From assembly GCA_963665615.2 (NCBI GenBank), contig CAXXQE010000006.1, positions 124,001 through 188,000 of the forward strand: a stretch of 64,000 nucleotides of DNA, in the 5' to 3' direction. Shown one piece after another: positions 18,172-27,713 of this stretch. Position 1 is the first letter of the stretch; the number at the start of each line of letters is the position of its first letter. This DNA comes from Syntrophales bacterium. Lineage in GTDB: Bacteria; Desulfobacterota; Syntrophia; Syntrophales; UBA4778. A program made the translations under genes and the position numbers. Below the pieces are notes generated by a model, which saw nothing but the letters and a program-made list of their open reading frames with translations, did not search any database and was not told the DNA's origin.

Positions 18172-20850
18172 TTAGTGCAACTGTAATCCGGTATTACCTA
18201 TGATTTTAAGCTTTTCAGCCTGCTGTATCGCCTCAATTTTTGAATTGACTTTTAACTTTTCATAGATATGTCTTATGTGGGTCTTCACTGTATCAAGAGA
18301 AATAAACATTCGGCAGGAAATATCTTTGTTTTTATAACCTTTCATTATGAGCTGAAGTACTTCCATTTCCCTGTTGCTCAGTATTTTATCCGGGGACGAT
18401 CTATCTGCCATAAATTCAATGCCGCAAGCTTTCATAATGGTGGGAGCGGAAGGAAAACCCTTTTCTTTAAAGTCATTGTCCATTATGTTCCTTAATACCG
18501 CATGAATTGCACTGGCCCAGTCAACGAAGAAACGAATATGTCCTTCGCGTTCAGAATAAACAAGCGCCTTTTTAAGGTTGATCTCTGCCTGTTCGTTGCG
18601 CCCGAGATCAGACAGAATTGCAGCCGAAATAATCTCAATAAGCAACAACTGAGAACCCATTCCTTGTTCAGCGCACCAGTCTTTTAACTTGGAGAGCAAA
18701 GCGACAGCTTCAAGAAATTTACCAAAATATCGAAGTACCAATATATAAATTATATTTTCTTCAACAGATAGAAAAGATAAAGGTTTATTACCGGGGAAAT
18801 GCTTCTCTGAAATGCACTGCCGTGCTTTATCCTCATCACCTGTCAGCAGAGCAAGAAAAGCGGAAAAGGCCTCAATCAACTTAGACCACACGTTGTGCTT
18901 AGGCAACCTTAGCTGAATTTTATGAAGCGTACGAATTGTTTCAATTCTGTTTTTAGAAACCAGGTTTACCAGCATACTCAGATAGAGACTCTCAAACGTA
19001 TATCCCCAAATCCCCGTTTCTTCAGATTGAACTAAATTATCCTCAAGACATTCTGCAGCCTTGGACAACTCATTCCTATAATAAAACAGCCAGGCCAATG
19101 GCATATTGATCATCAGCCTGAGAGGCGTTTTTTCAAGCCCTTTTATATGAAGATATTTTGAAGCTTCTTCAATGAGCAATTCCGCATGATACAACTGGCC
19201 ACCATGTATTTTTGAGATAATGATGAAATAGAACCATCGCATCACGCAAAGTGGGCTTTCCGATGATTTTATTTTGTCTGCAATCGTCTCAAGAATATTT
19301 TGCGCATTGGTTATTTCGCCTTTGTATATATAACTTGCGGCGATTAGCAGCTTAACGCCGCATGCGAGAATCAAATTCCCGGACAAGAACTCATTATATT
19401 TGTTTTCAAAATATTCGATATCTACATTGTATGGATTTTTCCAATATGCCAAATAGCACTTCTCAAAGAGAAAGAAGTTTAAGATAAGCGCTTTTTTTTC
19501 ATCATTGCAGTTTGCCAAAAGCTCATCCCTGCGATTTTCGAAATCACTGAGGATATCTTCCGCAAGCGATAAGTGCAGCGCTTGAATATTAATATTGCAC
19601 TCTATCAGCATGAGAAGTGCATTTCCATTCCTTACACCTTTTGATATTCGCAGTATCCATTTTTGAAATGATAATGCCTCATGATTTCCGATAAGAGAGC
19701 CGAAATTATTTTCAATTATACTTACAACGAGGTTATCATCTCCAGATTCAATTGCATGATTCAGGGCCTCCCCGAACATGTTTTTCTGGGCAAACCACTC
19801 TGCCGCCCTTTTGTGGATCAACTGAATCTCGTGATAATTTTTGATCGTATATTGTTTTCGCAATGCGGCGGCAAATGAGTGGTGATAACGATACCACTTC
19901 CCCTCTGCATCAAGCGTTATAAGGAACATATTATTCAGGTAAGTATGATGGAGCATTATACTGGCATCGCCTAGACCTGTTAGCGCCTCTGATATTTCTG
20001 CGTTCAGCTTATCAAGAAAGCAGGTCTTAGACAGAAAATGCTTTACATCTTCATTCTGGATTTCATAAACTTCATCAATTAAATAGTCTGATATAGCTTT
20101 GCTTATCTCAGATTCATTCCCCGAATTATATTGATTGGCCTCACGGTCTCTCAATGAAATGGCAAATAACTGAATCCCCCCGATCCATCCTTCCGTCTTT
20201 GTGAATACAGTCATCAATTGCTGACGTGAAAGTTCACACTGCACAATATCTTTGAAGTATTGTTCTGTCTCCCGTTTGCTGAATCTTAAATCGCCTGCAG
20301 TTATTTCTAAAAGCTGTCTCTGCACTCTGAGATTAGAGATCGGAAAAGGCAAACGATACCGAGTGAGGATTATTATATGCAATCGAGGCGGCAGATGATT
20401 CAGAAGATATGACATGCTTTCATGAATCATCTCATTGGTGATGAGGTGATAATTATCGATGATAAGATAGTGATCGTGTTCAATGTCCTTGCTATGCTTT
20501 ATGATGAGAGAGACGAGATCTTCGTTAGACAAGCAGTTTTCATTTTGACCATACGACTGCATCATGCTGGCATAATTGTCGTTTATACTTGCGAGTGCTG
20601 CCAGGACATAGCGGAAAAAAAGACCAGGATCATTGTCTTTCACATCCGGGGCGTACCAGGCTGCTTTCAGGTTTTGTTTTTTAACCCATTGATATATTAA
20701 GGTCGATTTCCCAGAGCCTGCCTCCCCTGAAATCAGAATCAGATTAACTCCGCTGCCGTCCTTTAACCTCTCCAGCAAGTGCTCACGCCAGAACATTTTA
20801 AAATGAATACATGGCGCATGGAGTTTAGTTTCGATAAATAGATGCGGCAT
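18172..20850 (-). CDS. MalT-like large ATP-binding LuxR regulator (LAL/STAND)
   Basis: TKLHAP, Walker A GEAGSGKS, IIDNYH, TEGW, WYRYHH, C-terminal LSNREMEVL...TVKTHIRHIYEKL. Confidence 0.92.
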   Translation of the reverse strand: MPHLFIETKLHAPCIHFKMFWREHLLERLKDGSGVNLILISGEAGSGKSTLIYQWVKKQNLKAAWYAPDVKDNDPGLFFRYVLAALASINDNYASMMQSYGQNENCLSNEDLVSLIIKHSKDIEHDHYLIIDNYHLITNEMIHESMSYLLNHLPPRLHIIILTRYRLPFPISNLRVQRQLLEITAGDLRFSKRETEQYFKDIVQCELSRQQLMTVFTKTEGWIGGIQLFAISLRDREANQYNSGNESEISKAISDYLIDEVYEIQNEDVKHFLSKTCFLDKLNAEISEALTGLGDASIMLHHTYLNNMFLITLDAEGKWYRYHHSFAAALRKQYTIKNYHEIQLIHKRAAEWFAQKNMFGEALNHAIESGDDNLVVSIIENNFGSLIGNHEALSFQKWILRISKGVRNGNALLMLIECNINIQALHLSLAEDILSDFENRRDELLANCNDEKKALILNFFLFEKCYLAYWKNPYNVDIEYFENKYNEFLSGNLILACGVKLLIAASYIYKGEITNAQNILETIADKIKSSESPLCVMRWFYFIIISKIHGGQLYHAELLIEEASKYLHIKGLEKTPLRLMINMPLAWLFYYRNELSKAAECLEDNLVQSEETGIWGYTFESLYLSMLVNLVSKNRIETIRTLHKIQLRLPKHNVWSKLIEAFSAFLALLTGDEDKARQCISEKHFPGNKPLSFLSVEENIIYILVLRYFGKFLEAVALLSKLKDWCAEQGMGSQLLLIEIISAAILSDLGRNEQAEINLKKALVYSEREGHIRFFVDWASAIHAVLRNIMDNDFKEKGFPSAPTIMKACGIEFMADRSSPDKILSNREMEVLQLIMKGYKNKDISCRMFISLDTVKTHIRHIYEKLKVNSKIEAIQQAEKLKIIGNTGLQLH

Positions 20851-20930
20851 TGAAAATACTCCGTCGGTTCCTTAAATTCGCAATGTCAACTTGATACTGT
20901 TCCTCATACCGTGCTCATGTTTTCCTCACT

Positions 20931-21725
20931 TCACTTCCTCAGAATTCTCCCCATATCCTCATTCACATTGGAAAGCGCGGAAAGAATGGTTTGATTACGA
21001 TCTTCAGTGCGGATCGTATCCTCGTGGTTAATGCCGTTAATGGCTAAATTCAACGCGTCCTTCGTAAGGTGAAGCTGCATGCGGCTCTTTTCAGCCATTC
21101 TTTTCGCCATTGCAATGGCCGCCGGGAATAATTCTTCTTTAGGGTAAAGACGGCTTACGAGTCCGATACGCAAAGCATCCTGGGCCGGGACATAATCGCC
21201 TGTCAGGATCATCTGCGCAGCATTTCCCCACCCAACAATCCGCCACAGGAAATAACTTGACCCCGCATCAGCGCCCCCAACGCCTATATTGATGTATTGC
21301 GCACGGAAAACTGCATCGTCGCTTGCCAACCGTATATCCGATGTATAAGAAAAGGACAGGCCACCGCCGATAGCCGCTCCGTGAACCGCAGCAATAATTG
21401 GCTGGGGGATTAGCCGCATCTGTCGATACATGTTGGAAAAAGGAAGCTGAAAATCCCAGCTGTTTACGAGCTTATTACAAACATCTGTCTCACCCCCATA
21501 CGTGTCGACGATCTCCTTTAAATCCAAGCCGGAACAAAAGCCCCGTTCTCCAGCGCCCCTCATGACGATAACACGGGCATCTCTGTCACGATGACACTGA
21601 GTCCAGAAGTGGTTGAGCTCCTCTATCATCTTCGGGTTGATGGCATTAATTTTTTCTGGGCGGTTCAATGTCAGTACCCCGACATGACCTTCAAGCACCT
21701 CATAATGAATTGTTTTGTATGTCAT
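20931..21725 (-). CDS. enoyl-CoA hydratase/isomerase
   Basis: LNRPEKINA, FCSGLDL, AAVHGAAIGGG; start chosen at the GGAGG RBS. Confidence 0.9.
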   Translation of the reverse strand: MTYKTIHYEVLEGHVGVLTLNRPEKINAINPKMIEELNHFWTQCHRDRDARVIVMRGAGERGFCSGLDLKEIVDTYGGETDVCNKLVNSWDFQLPFSNMYRQMRLIPQPIIAAVHGAAIGGGLSFSYTSDIRLASDDAVFRAQYINIGVGGADAGSSYFLWRIVGWGNAAQMILTGDYVPAQDALRIGLVSRLYPKEELFPAAIAMAKRMAEKSRMQLHLTKDALNLAINGINHEDTIRTEDRNQTILSALSNVNEDMGRILRK

Positions 21726-21854
21726 CTTATTAACCTCCGTTGTCTCCATACTGTGCTGTCCCCTCGCATAATAGTGCCGAACATAAGAGCACGATGTATT
21801 TGACCTACATTCCTTTATGCTTGATACTGATACTTTCAGCCTTCATCTTGAAAA

Positions 21855-23135
21855 TTATTTTACAATTTTATATTTTTCTGCTGCCGGCGGGGCCTTGTAA
21901 ATCACTTTTTTTTCATATAACGCAGCAATCTCATCAGACGTAAAGCCTGCTTCCTTTAAAACAGCCTCGTTGTCCATACCAATGGTAGGACAGCCTCTCC
22001 AAATTCGGCTGGGATTTCTTTTAAATCTTGCCGGGAATGCGGGACCTTTCAGCTTTTGGCCCTCATATGGAGAACCTTCTACAGCCTCCCACTCCACAAT
22101 GGAACCCCGCGCCGCATAATGAGGATGATCAAGGATGTCGGCATAGGTCAAAACACGACAGCAGGGAACGCCTTGCGGCCAAAAGAGTTCTTCCATTTCT
22201 TTAGCGGTATAAAGAGCACAAAACTCAGCAATCTTTTCTTCCAATAGCTCTGCTGCGTGTGTGCCATGGAGAACAAGACCTGTTCGCTCGGGGAAATCCT
22301 CCTTCCCATATTCTAATCCAAAAATCTTAACAGCTTTTTTCACAATGGCTCCACCCAGAATCAAAAGATAAACATAGTTATCGTCCTTGCATTGATAGAC
22401 GCCCCACCCCGCAATGTCCTGATTCCTGGATCCTTCGCGCTCTGCCTGTATCTTAAAGTTAAGATAGTCTGGTCCTCTGTTCGCCTGACAACGAAATGCG
22501 ACTTCATATTGTGCTATATCGATGCTTTCACCGATGCCGGTTTTTTGAACTTGATAAAGCGCACCAAGGATCGCAGTGGCTGCTGTCATACCTGCATAGT
22601 AATCGGTTACCAAATATTGCGCGGGATTCGGGTCTCTATCAGGAAAACCTTGCAAAGACAGCATCCCGCTGAATGCCTGAGCGATAGGATCATAACATCC
22701 GCGTGAAACAAAAGTGGGATCGCCTGTCAAGCCAAATCCAGACATATGAGCAATAACCAATTTTGGATTAATTTCCCAAAGGACCTCATCGGTAAGCCCC
22801 CACTTTTCGAACTGCCCCCCTTTAGATGACTCAAGAAAGACGTCCGCTTCTTTGATCAAGCTGAACAGGATATTTTTCCCTTCGGGTGTTGGTATATCCA
22901 ACGAAATTGATCGCTGGTTGCGGCGTTCCGATTCCGCCGCCATTCCGACAGAGGGAGCCTTTGCAAATCTGTTCGGATCAAGAACAAAGGGATTCTCAAT
23001 CCAGACAACATCAGCTCCCATTTCTGCCATCATTTCAGCGGCAAAAGGCCCTGCCGTAGAAAGTGTCGCATGAACGACTTTTACACCCGATAAAACGCCA
23101 AATTGGGGGATATCAGCATTCCTGGCCATTGCCAT
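21855..23135 (-). CDS. class III CoA transferase (CaiB/BaiF-like)
   Basis: PQFGVLSGVKVV, AGPFAA, GADVVWIENP, SGFG, YDPIAQAFSG, catalytic-Asp region VTDY. Confidence 0.9.
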   Translation of the reverse strand: MAMARNADIPQFGVLSGVKVVHATLSTAGPFAAEMMAEMGADVVWIENPFVLDPNRFAKAPSVGMAAESERRNQRSISLDIPTPEGKNILFSLIKEADVFLESSKGGQFEKWGLTDEVLWEINPKLVIAHMSGFGLTGDPTFVSRGCYDPIAQAFSGMLSLQGFPDRDPNPAQYLVTDYYAGMTAATAILGALYQVQKTGIGESIDIAQYEVAFRCQANRGPDYLNFKIQAEREGSRNQDIAGWGVYQCKDDNYVYLLILGGAIVKKAVKIFGLEYGKEDFPERTGLVLHGTHAAELLEEKIAEFCALYTAKEMEELFWPQGVPCCRVLTYADILDHPHYAARGSIVEWEAVEGSPYEGQKLKGPAFPARFKRNPSRIWRGCPTIGMDNEAVLKEAGFTSDEIAALYEKKVIYKAPPAAEKYKIVK

Positions 23136-23289
23136 TTACGATCTCCTTATTGAGTTATCATACAAATATAATTATCTCAGAAAACTGCCACCGACTATCT
23201 TGGTAGCTCTTTAAGACGACAACATCTGACAATTTCATTCGCAGTCGTCTCTCAATTGACTATGTTGCTCTCGTCATATTTTATCTTTA

Positions 23290-23420
23290 ACTTGTTTTTT
23301 ATGTATTGACGAATGACTTCACTATCAATGGCTATGGAGCTGATGAAATAACCTCGTGCCCGGTTCTGATATTTTTTTCCAGGACATGGAAACACTTCCG
23401 GAAGCATTTTTGAATACTTG
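23290..23420 (-). pseudogene. IS200/IS605 tnpA (Y1 transposase) C-terminal relic
   Basis: KYSKMLPEVFP...KKY...ARGYFISSIAIDSEVIRQYIKN resembles the TnpA W-x-x-GYF...YIxxQ segment. Confidence 0.65.
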
Positions 23421-23514
23421 CACTCAAGGATCTTATCTCCTGTATTTTCCTTGAATAAATATCGTTCTCCAGAATTCAGAGTAATAAGTACCCTGTGGAT
23501 CCATATTCCAATAT

Positions 23515-24033
23515 TTATTGAGGCTCTGCTATCTTGGGCCCTTTCATTTTTTTTAGTCTTATTATACTTGAAGGAATAATCCAGAAGCATATGGCGCCAT
23601 AGAGCAGATCTTGGAGATAATAAAGATGCTCATGGGAATCCATTATGGGTTTTATATTCGCCGCAATAGTCAGCATCATGAACATCGGGAAATTGCAAAT
23701 GATAGGTAGTTTTTGAGATATCAAGCCGCCAAGTAATACGGCGATCATTGTTAACACGATAATTGCACCTGCAACAGGATTCATAATTGAAGGGAGGTAC
23801 CAGAGTAGATATGCCAGCAACAGTCCGATAGCGGAACCGATCCATACTTTCGGGGCATCGGAAAGATTGTTGCTGTAAACTGCACCAAACATAGTTAATG
23901 CAACAAGTCCAACCCAATGGTTCTGAAGCTTAAATACAAGTTGCCCAAGTATGATCCATGCAATAATGACTAATAATATCAAGGCGCCGATTAAAATAGC
24001 CTTCCCTAATGTGGTCTGATTTTCATTTGCCAT
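23515..24033 (-). CDS. small multi-pass membrane protein, function unknown
   Basis: About six hydrophobic segments; GAGG RBS before MANENQ. Confidence 0.7.
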   Translation of the reverse strand: MANENQTTLGKAILIGALILLVIIAWIILGQLVFKLQNHWVGLVALTMFGAVYSNNLSDAPKVWIGSAIGLLLAYLLWYLPSIMNPVAGAIIVLTMIAVLLGGLISQKLPIICNFPMFMMLTIAANIKPIMDSHEHLYYLQDLLYGAICFWIIPSSIIRLKKMKGPKIAEPQ

Positions 24034-24309
24034 ATTTCGTTGTCCTCTCATTATTAGCGGATACGGTGCCGTAGAAGTTTTCGTGCGACTTTATGATCTT
24101 TTAAAATCCCATTGAGACTTTTCATTTTTTCTGCGTCACTTTATACTGATCGGCACGCCATCAAAAGCGCATCGGCGGAAACCATCCTTGTTCACCAAAA
24201 TATAAATATGACTTAAATTTACCCTACACAGCTCCGAGTTCATGCTGCGAAAACCCCACTGGCTCCAGTTGCCGGATTGTTTATGATCATATCTCATCGG
24301 TCAAGCACC

Positions 24310-24768
24310 TCAAGCCGGGACAAAGCCCCGGATATCGAGGATGTTGCCCTTACGGTCTTCCTCGAAAATCGCCTTTACACGCATACCGATTTTGACATCA
24401 TTTGCGTCAATGCCGTCGATAAAATGCGCGATCCCGGTATCAGCCCCATCGAGCTTAATTACCCCATAGATAAACGGCGCTTTTCGCGGATGAATCGCTT
24501 CGCTGTAATTGACCTGTGTAAAACTCTCGACAGTCCCCACAGGACCGATTTCAACGATCTCGGTCAACTCGGAAAAACATACGCCGCAGGTTGAACGCGG
24601 CGGACACAGCACCTTGCTGCACTTCGGACAACGCGCGCCAACCAGCGTCTTTTCGTCGCGCAGGTTTACATAAAACAGACTCCCCATTTTCCCCGCATAA
24701 TAACGACTGTTGGCCTTCATGCGCTGCTTGACTTCAATAGCCGTCGGATTGTCGTTCGCTTTTTCCAT
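24310..24768 (-). CDS. DUF35 Zn-ribbon/OB-fold acyl-CoA-binding protein
   Basis: CPKC...PPRSTCGVC, GTVESFT, IKLDGAD, IGMRV. Confidence 0.9.
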   Translation of the reverse strand: MEKANDNPTAIEVKQRMKANSRYYAGKMGSLFYVNLRDEKTLVGARCPKCSKVLCPPRSTCGVCFSELTEIVEIGPVGTVESFTQVNYSEAIHPRKAPFIYGVIKLDGADTGIAHFIDGIDANDVKIGMRVKAIFEEDRKGNILDIRGFVPA

Positions 24769-24786
24769 CGTCTTGCTCCTTATTCC

Positions 24787-25287
24787 TCACGCCTGGCCGG
24801 GCTTCACCTGGCCCGGAAGCGGCTCAAAATATATGACGTCGCTCAAATCCCCAACGCGTTGACCGTCGGGACGCATCACCACCCGGCAGCGCATCCCAAC
24901 CCATACCTTCTCCAGATCGGGCTCCACATGGATCAGATGATCCAATATCGAGGTCGCCCCATCGAGCCGAAGCGAACCATAAACAAACGGCGGGTTATGG
25001 GGCTTGCCCGTTGTCGGATCGGTCAGTGGCAGATACATGATGGTGAATGCCGTAACGGTCCCTTCCATCGGCAATTCGATCCAGTGGTCGTTCTTGACCA
25101 GGCACTCGGCGCATACAATCCGCGGCGGCAACTGAACCCGCTTGCACTTCGGACATTGCACGGCCAGGAATCGGCCTTTCTCGCGCAACGCCGTCAGGCC
25201 GCGCCCCATATACTCTCCCGCAGCAAATTCAAAGGGCACATCGACAGTCATCGGAATCGATATTTGTTCTTCCGTTTTCTTTATCAT
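24787..25287 (-). CDS. DUF35 Zn-ribbon/OB-fold acyl-CoA-binding protein
   Basis: CPKC...PPRIVCAEC, GTVTAFT, RLDGA, VGMR. Confidence 0.9.
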   Translation of the reverse strand: MIKKTEEQISIPMTVDVPFEFAAGEYMGRGLTALREKGRFLAVQCPKCKRVQLPPRIVCAECLVKNDHWIELPMEGTVTAFTIMYLPLTDPTTGKPHNPPFVYGSLRLDGATSILDHLIHVEPDLEKVWVGMRCRVVMRPDGQRVGDLSDVIYFEPLPGQVKPGQA

Positions 25288-25299
25288 CGGTTGTCCTCC

Positions 25300-26469
25300 T
25301 CAATCATCCAACGTCTTCGATAGTGCCGTCATGACAGTCCAGTTCGTTCCACCATAGGCCGTCGTCAGTGCACGCCGAACATCCTTCGGCACCTGGTGCT
25401 CGCCCGCCTCGCCCCGTATCTGCAGCGTAGCCTCCCAGATACGCAGCATCGCCGTCGCCCCGATGCAGTTCGTCGACAGGACGCCTCCTGAGGGATTAAC
25501 CGGTATCGCGCCATCGATATTGGTCACCCCTTTTTCTATCAGCCGGAAGCCTTCGCCCTTTCCACACAGGCCAAGATCCTCATACCAGAGCAGTTCCGCC
25601 CACGTCGCGGGTTCATAGATCTCGAAAACATCGAAGTACGCCGCCGGGTTCGTGACGCCTAATTTATTATAAAGTCGCCCAGCGCAAGCCTTGGAAAAAA
25701 TCAGTCGCTCTGTATTCACATCCCGCCAATCAAGCTCGAAAAACTCATTGTGGGCTGTATCCATAGCTCGGATCCATACCGGCTTCTTGCACCGTGCCTT
25801 GGCGGTCTTTTCGTCGGCCAAGATTACAGCACACGCCCCGTTCGATGCAGGACACATATCCATCAAACGAATCGGATAAGCCAGCATACGCGATTCCATG
25901 GCGTCTTTAATCGTCAGATCGAGTTTCAGGTGGGCATATTCGTTTTTTCGCGCATTCTGTCTGGCCTTGACGGCAACCATTGCCGAGTGTTCTTCTTTGG
26001 CGCCGTATGCCGCCATGTAAGAAGACCCCATCATGGCAAAGTACCCAATGGCCGCGCCCGCCATGGAACGATTCCACATCGGATGCGCCGTGGCACTCAG
26101 AATCGCGCCCGTGTCGCCTTCTTCCTGCTTCTCGAAACCGATGCACAAAACCTTGTCGAACAGCCCACTGGCCACATGGTGGGCACCCGCGCAGGTGATG
26201 GTGGCGCCGACGGTCCCGCCCGTCGTGATCTTAACACCCGACTTGCCATACACGCCGGTGTGATTAACGAGCCAGCAGTCGGTCATGTGGCATCCTTCAA
26301 AAAACTCCATGTTCCCTATCAAGACGGCATCGATCTCATCTATCGTCATCTCGGCATCGGCCAGAGCGCGTCTGATCGCCTCATTGACCATCTCGCCCTG
26401 ATCCACATCGTGTCTGCGCGCTGCGTGATGGGTCTGGCCGCCACCGATGATTGCTACGTTTCTCTTCAT
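25300..26469 (-). CDS. SCP-x type thiolase-fold protein, Ltp3-like
   Basis: Thiolase fold with PVNPSGGVLS; the usual Cys nucleophile region reads TTGGTVG; EIYEP. Confidence 0.8.
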   Translation of the reverse strand: MKRNVAIIGGGQTHHAARRHDVDQGEMVNEAIRRALADAEMTIDEIDAVLIGNMEFFEGCHMTDCWLVNHTGVYGKSGVKITTGGTVGATITCAGAHHVASGLFDKVLCIGFEKQEEGDTGAILSATAHPMWNRSMAGAAIGYFAMMGSSYMAAYGAKEEHSAMVAVKARQNARKNEYAHLKLDLTIKDAMESRMLAYPIRLMDMCPASNGACAVILADEKTAKARCKKPVWIRAMDTAHNEFFELDWRDVNTERLIFSKACAGRLYNKLGVTNPAAYFDVFEIYEPATWAELLWYEDLGLCGKGEGFRLIEKGVTNIDGAIPVNPSGGVLSTNCIGATAMLRIWEATLQIRGEAGEHQVPKDVRRALTTAYGGTNWTVMTALSKTLDD

Positions 26470-26479
26470 GCTTGCCTCC

Positions 26480-27628
26480 TTACTCGGTTCCCAGGACGAT
26501 CACGCACTGGTGCTGGCCGCAGAATCCGCTGTGCCCCTGCGCCACCGCTGTCCGCGCATTTTTTACCTGATAGCCGGCGGCCTCACCTCGTAACTGTAAT
26601 ACGGCTTCGGCAACACGGTTCAATCCCGCTACATTCGCAGGCACTCCCCCCAAAACCCCACCGGAGGGGTTCACCGGAAGGGTCCCGCTCATGACCGTCA
26701 CGCCCGACGCCAGCATCTCCCACGCTTTGCCCTTCTCGCATAAACCCAGCCCTTCCAGCCACATCAACTCCTGGTAGGAAAACTCTTCGTCCAGTTCCAC
26801 GAGGTCAAGCTCCTTGCGAGGATTATTGATACCGGCCATCTTATAAGCCCGTGCCGCCGCTCTTTCCAGGGCCATGGTATCGGCCAAATCCCGGTCGCCT
26901 AAATAATGCGCATCGTAGCAGGTCCCGATTCCCTGGATCCATACGGGCTTGTCGGTGATCTCCCTGGCTCGCTTCTCCGACACCAGGATCATCGCCACCG
27001 CGCCATCCGTATCCGGCGCGATATCCATCGCGTGCAATGGCGCGGCGACCTCCGGGGAATCTAACACGTCTTGGATGTTCACGCTCTTGCCGTTATGCAT
27101 CACAGGATTGTTCTTCGCATTGCCCAGGTTCTTCACCACAACGGATGCGAACTCTTCACGTCTGATGCCGTATTTATGCATGTAACGTTTCGCCTGCAAG
27201 GCACCGGCCGAGGTATAATCGAAACCAAGCATCCGCGTATAAATCGGATCAAACGCCACGTTGTTGACGATGTTGCGGTTCGTCTGAGACATCTTCGTGT
27301 GAGCCAGCAAAAGCGTGCTTTCATACTCTCCCGACAGGATTCCGATCGCGCCATAGTACACTGCGGTCGACCCGTCCATCGCCATCTTCTCCTCGTTGCC
27401 CAGGTGACCCCCGATCACGTCGGTAATTCCGATGTCTGAAATCGTCTGTCCATCCCAGATATCATGGGACGCAGTGACTTTGTTGTCTATGTCCTTGCCC
27501 AGATCCAGCTTTGTGTCCGCCAGCACCCTGCTGATCACCTCGTAAGCCAGCTCGGCATAATTGGCGTCCGCCCGCTTCGCCGAAAACGTTGTCTGGGCCA
27601 CGCCTACGATTGCTACTCTGTCCGCCAT
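26480..27628 (-). CDS. SCP-x type thiolase-fold protein, Ltp4-like
   Basis: Start at MADRV (AGGAGG RBS); DIWDGQTIS, EKMAMDG with no Cys, PVNPSGG. Confidence 0.8.
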   Translation of the reverse strand: MADRVAIVGVAQTTFSAKRADANYAELAYEVISRVLADTKLDLGKDIDNKVTASHDIWDGQTISDIGITDVIGGHLGNEEKMAMDGSTAVYYGAIGILSGEYESTLLLAHTKMSQTNRNIVNNVAFDPIYTRMLGFDYTSAGALQAKRYMHKYGIRREEFASVVVKNLGNAKNNPVMHNGKSVNIQDVLDSPEVAAPLHAMDIAPDTDGAVAMILVSEKRAREITDKPVWIQGIGTCYDAHYLGDRDLADTMALERAAARAYKMAGINNPRKELDLVELDEEFSYQELMWLEGLGLCEKGKAWEMLASGVTVMSGTLPVNPSGGVLGGVPANVAGLNRVAEAVLQLRGEAAGYQVKNARTAVAQGHSGFCGQHQCVIVLGTE

Positions 27629-27713
27629 ACATCCTCCTTCTTTTCCGATGAAGGCCTTGTAATTCCATTGAAAGAAGGGGCCGGTGCGGTTCACCGGTCC
27701 TTCCTCCATGTCT

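Noticed and set aside
3090..23135. bai (bile-acid 7-dehydroxylation) or cai (carnitine) operon
   Set aside because: Only family-level resemblance; no BaiE-like dehydratase, CoA ligase or BCCT transporter seen
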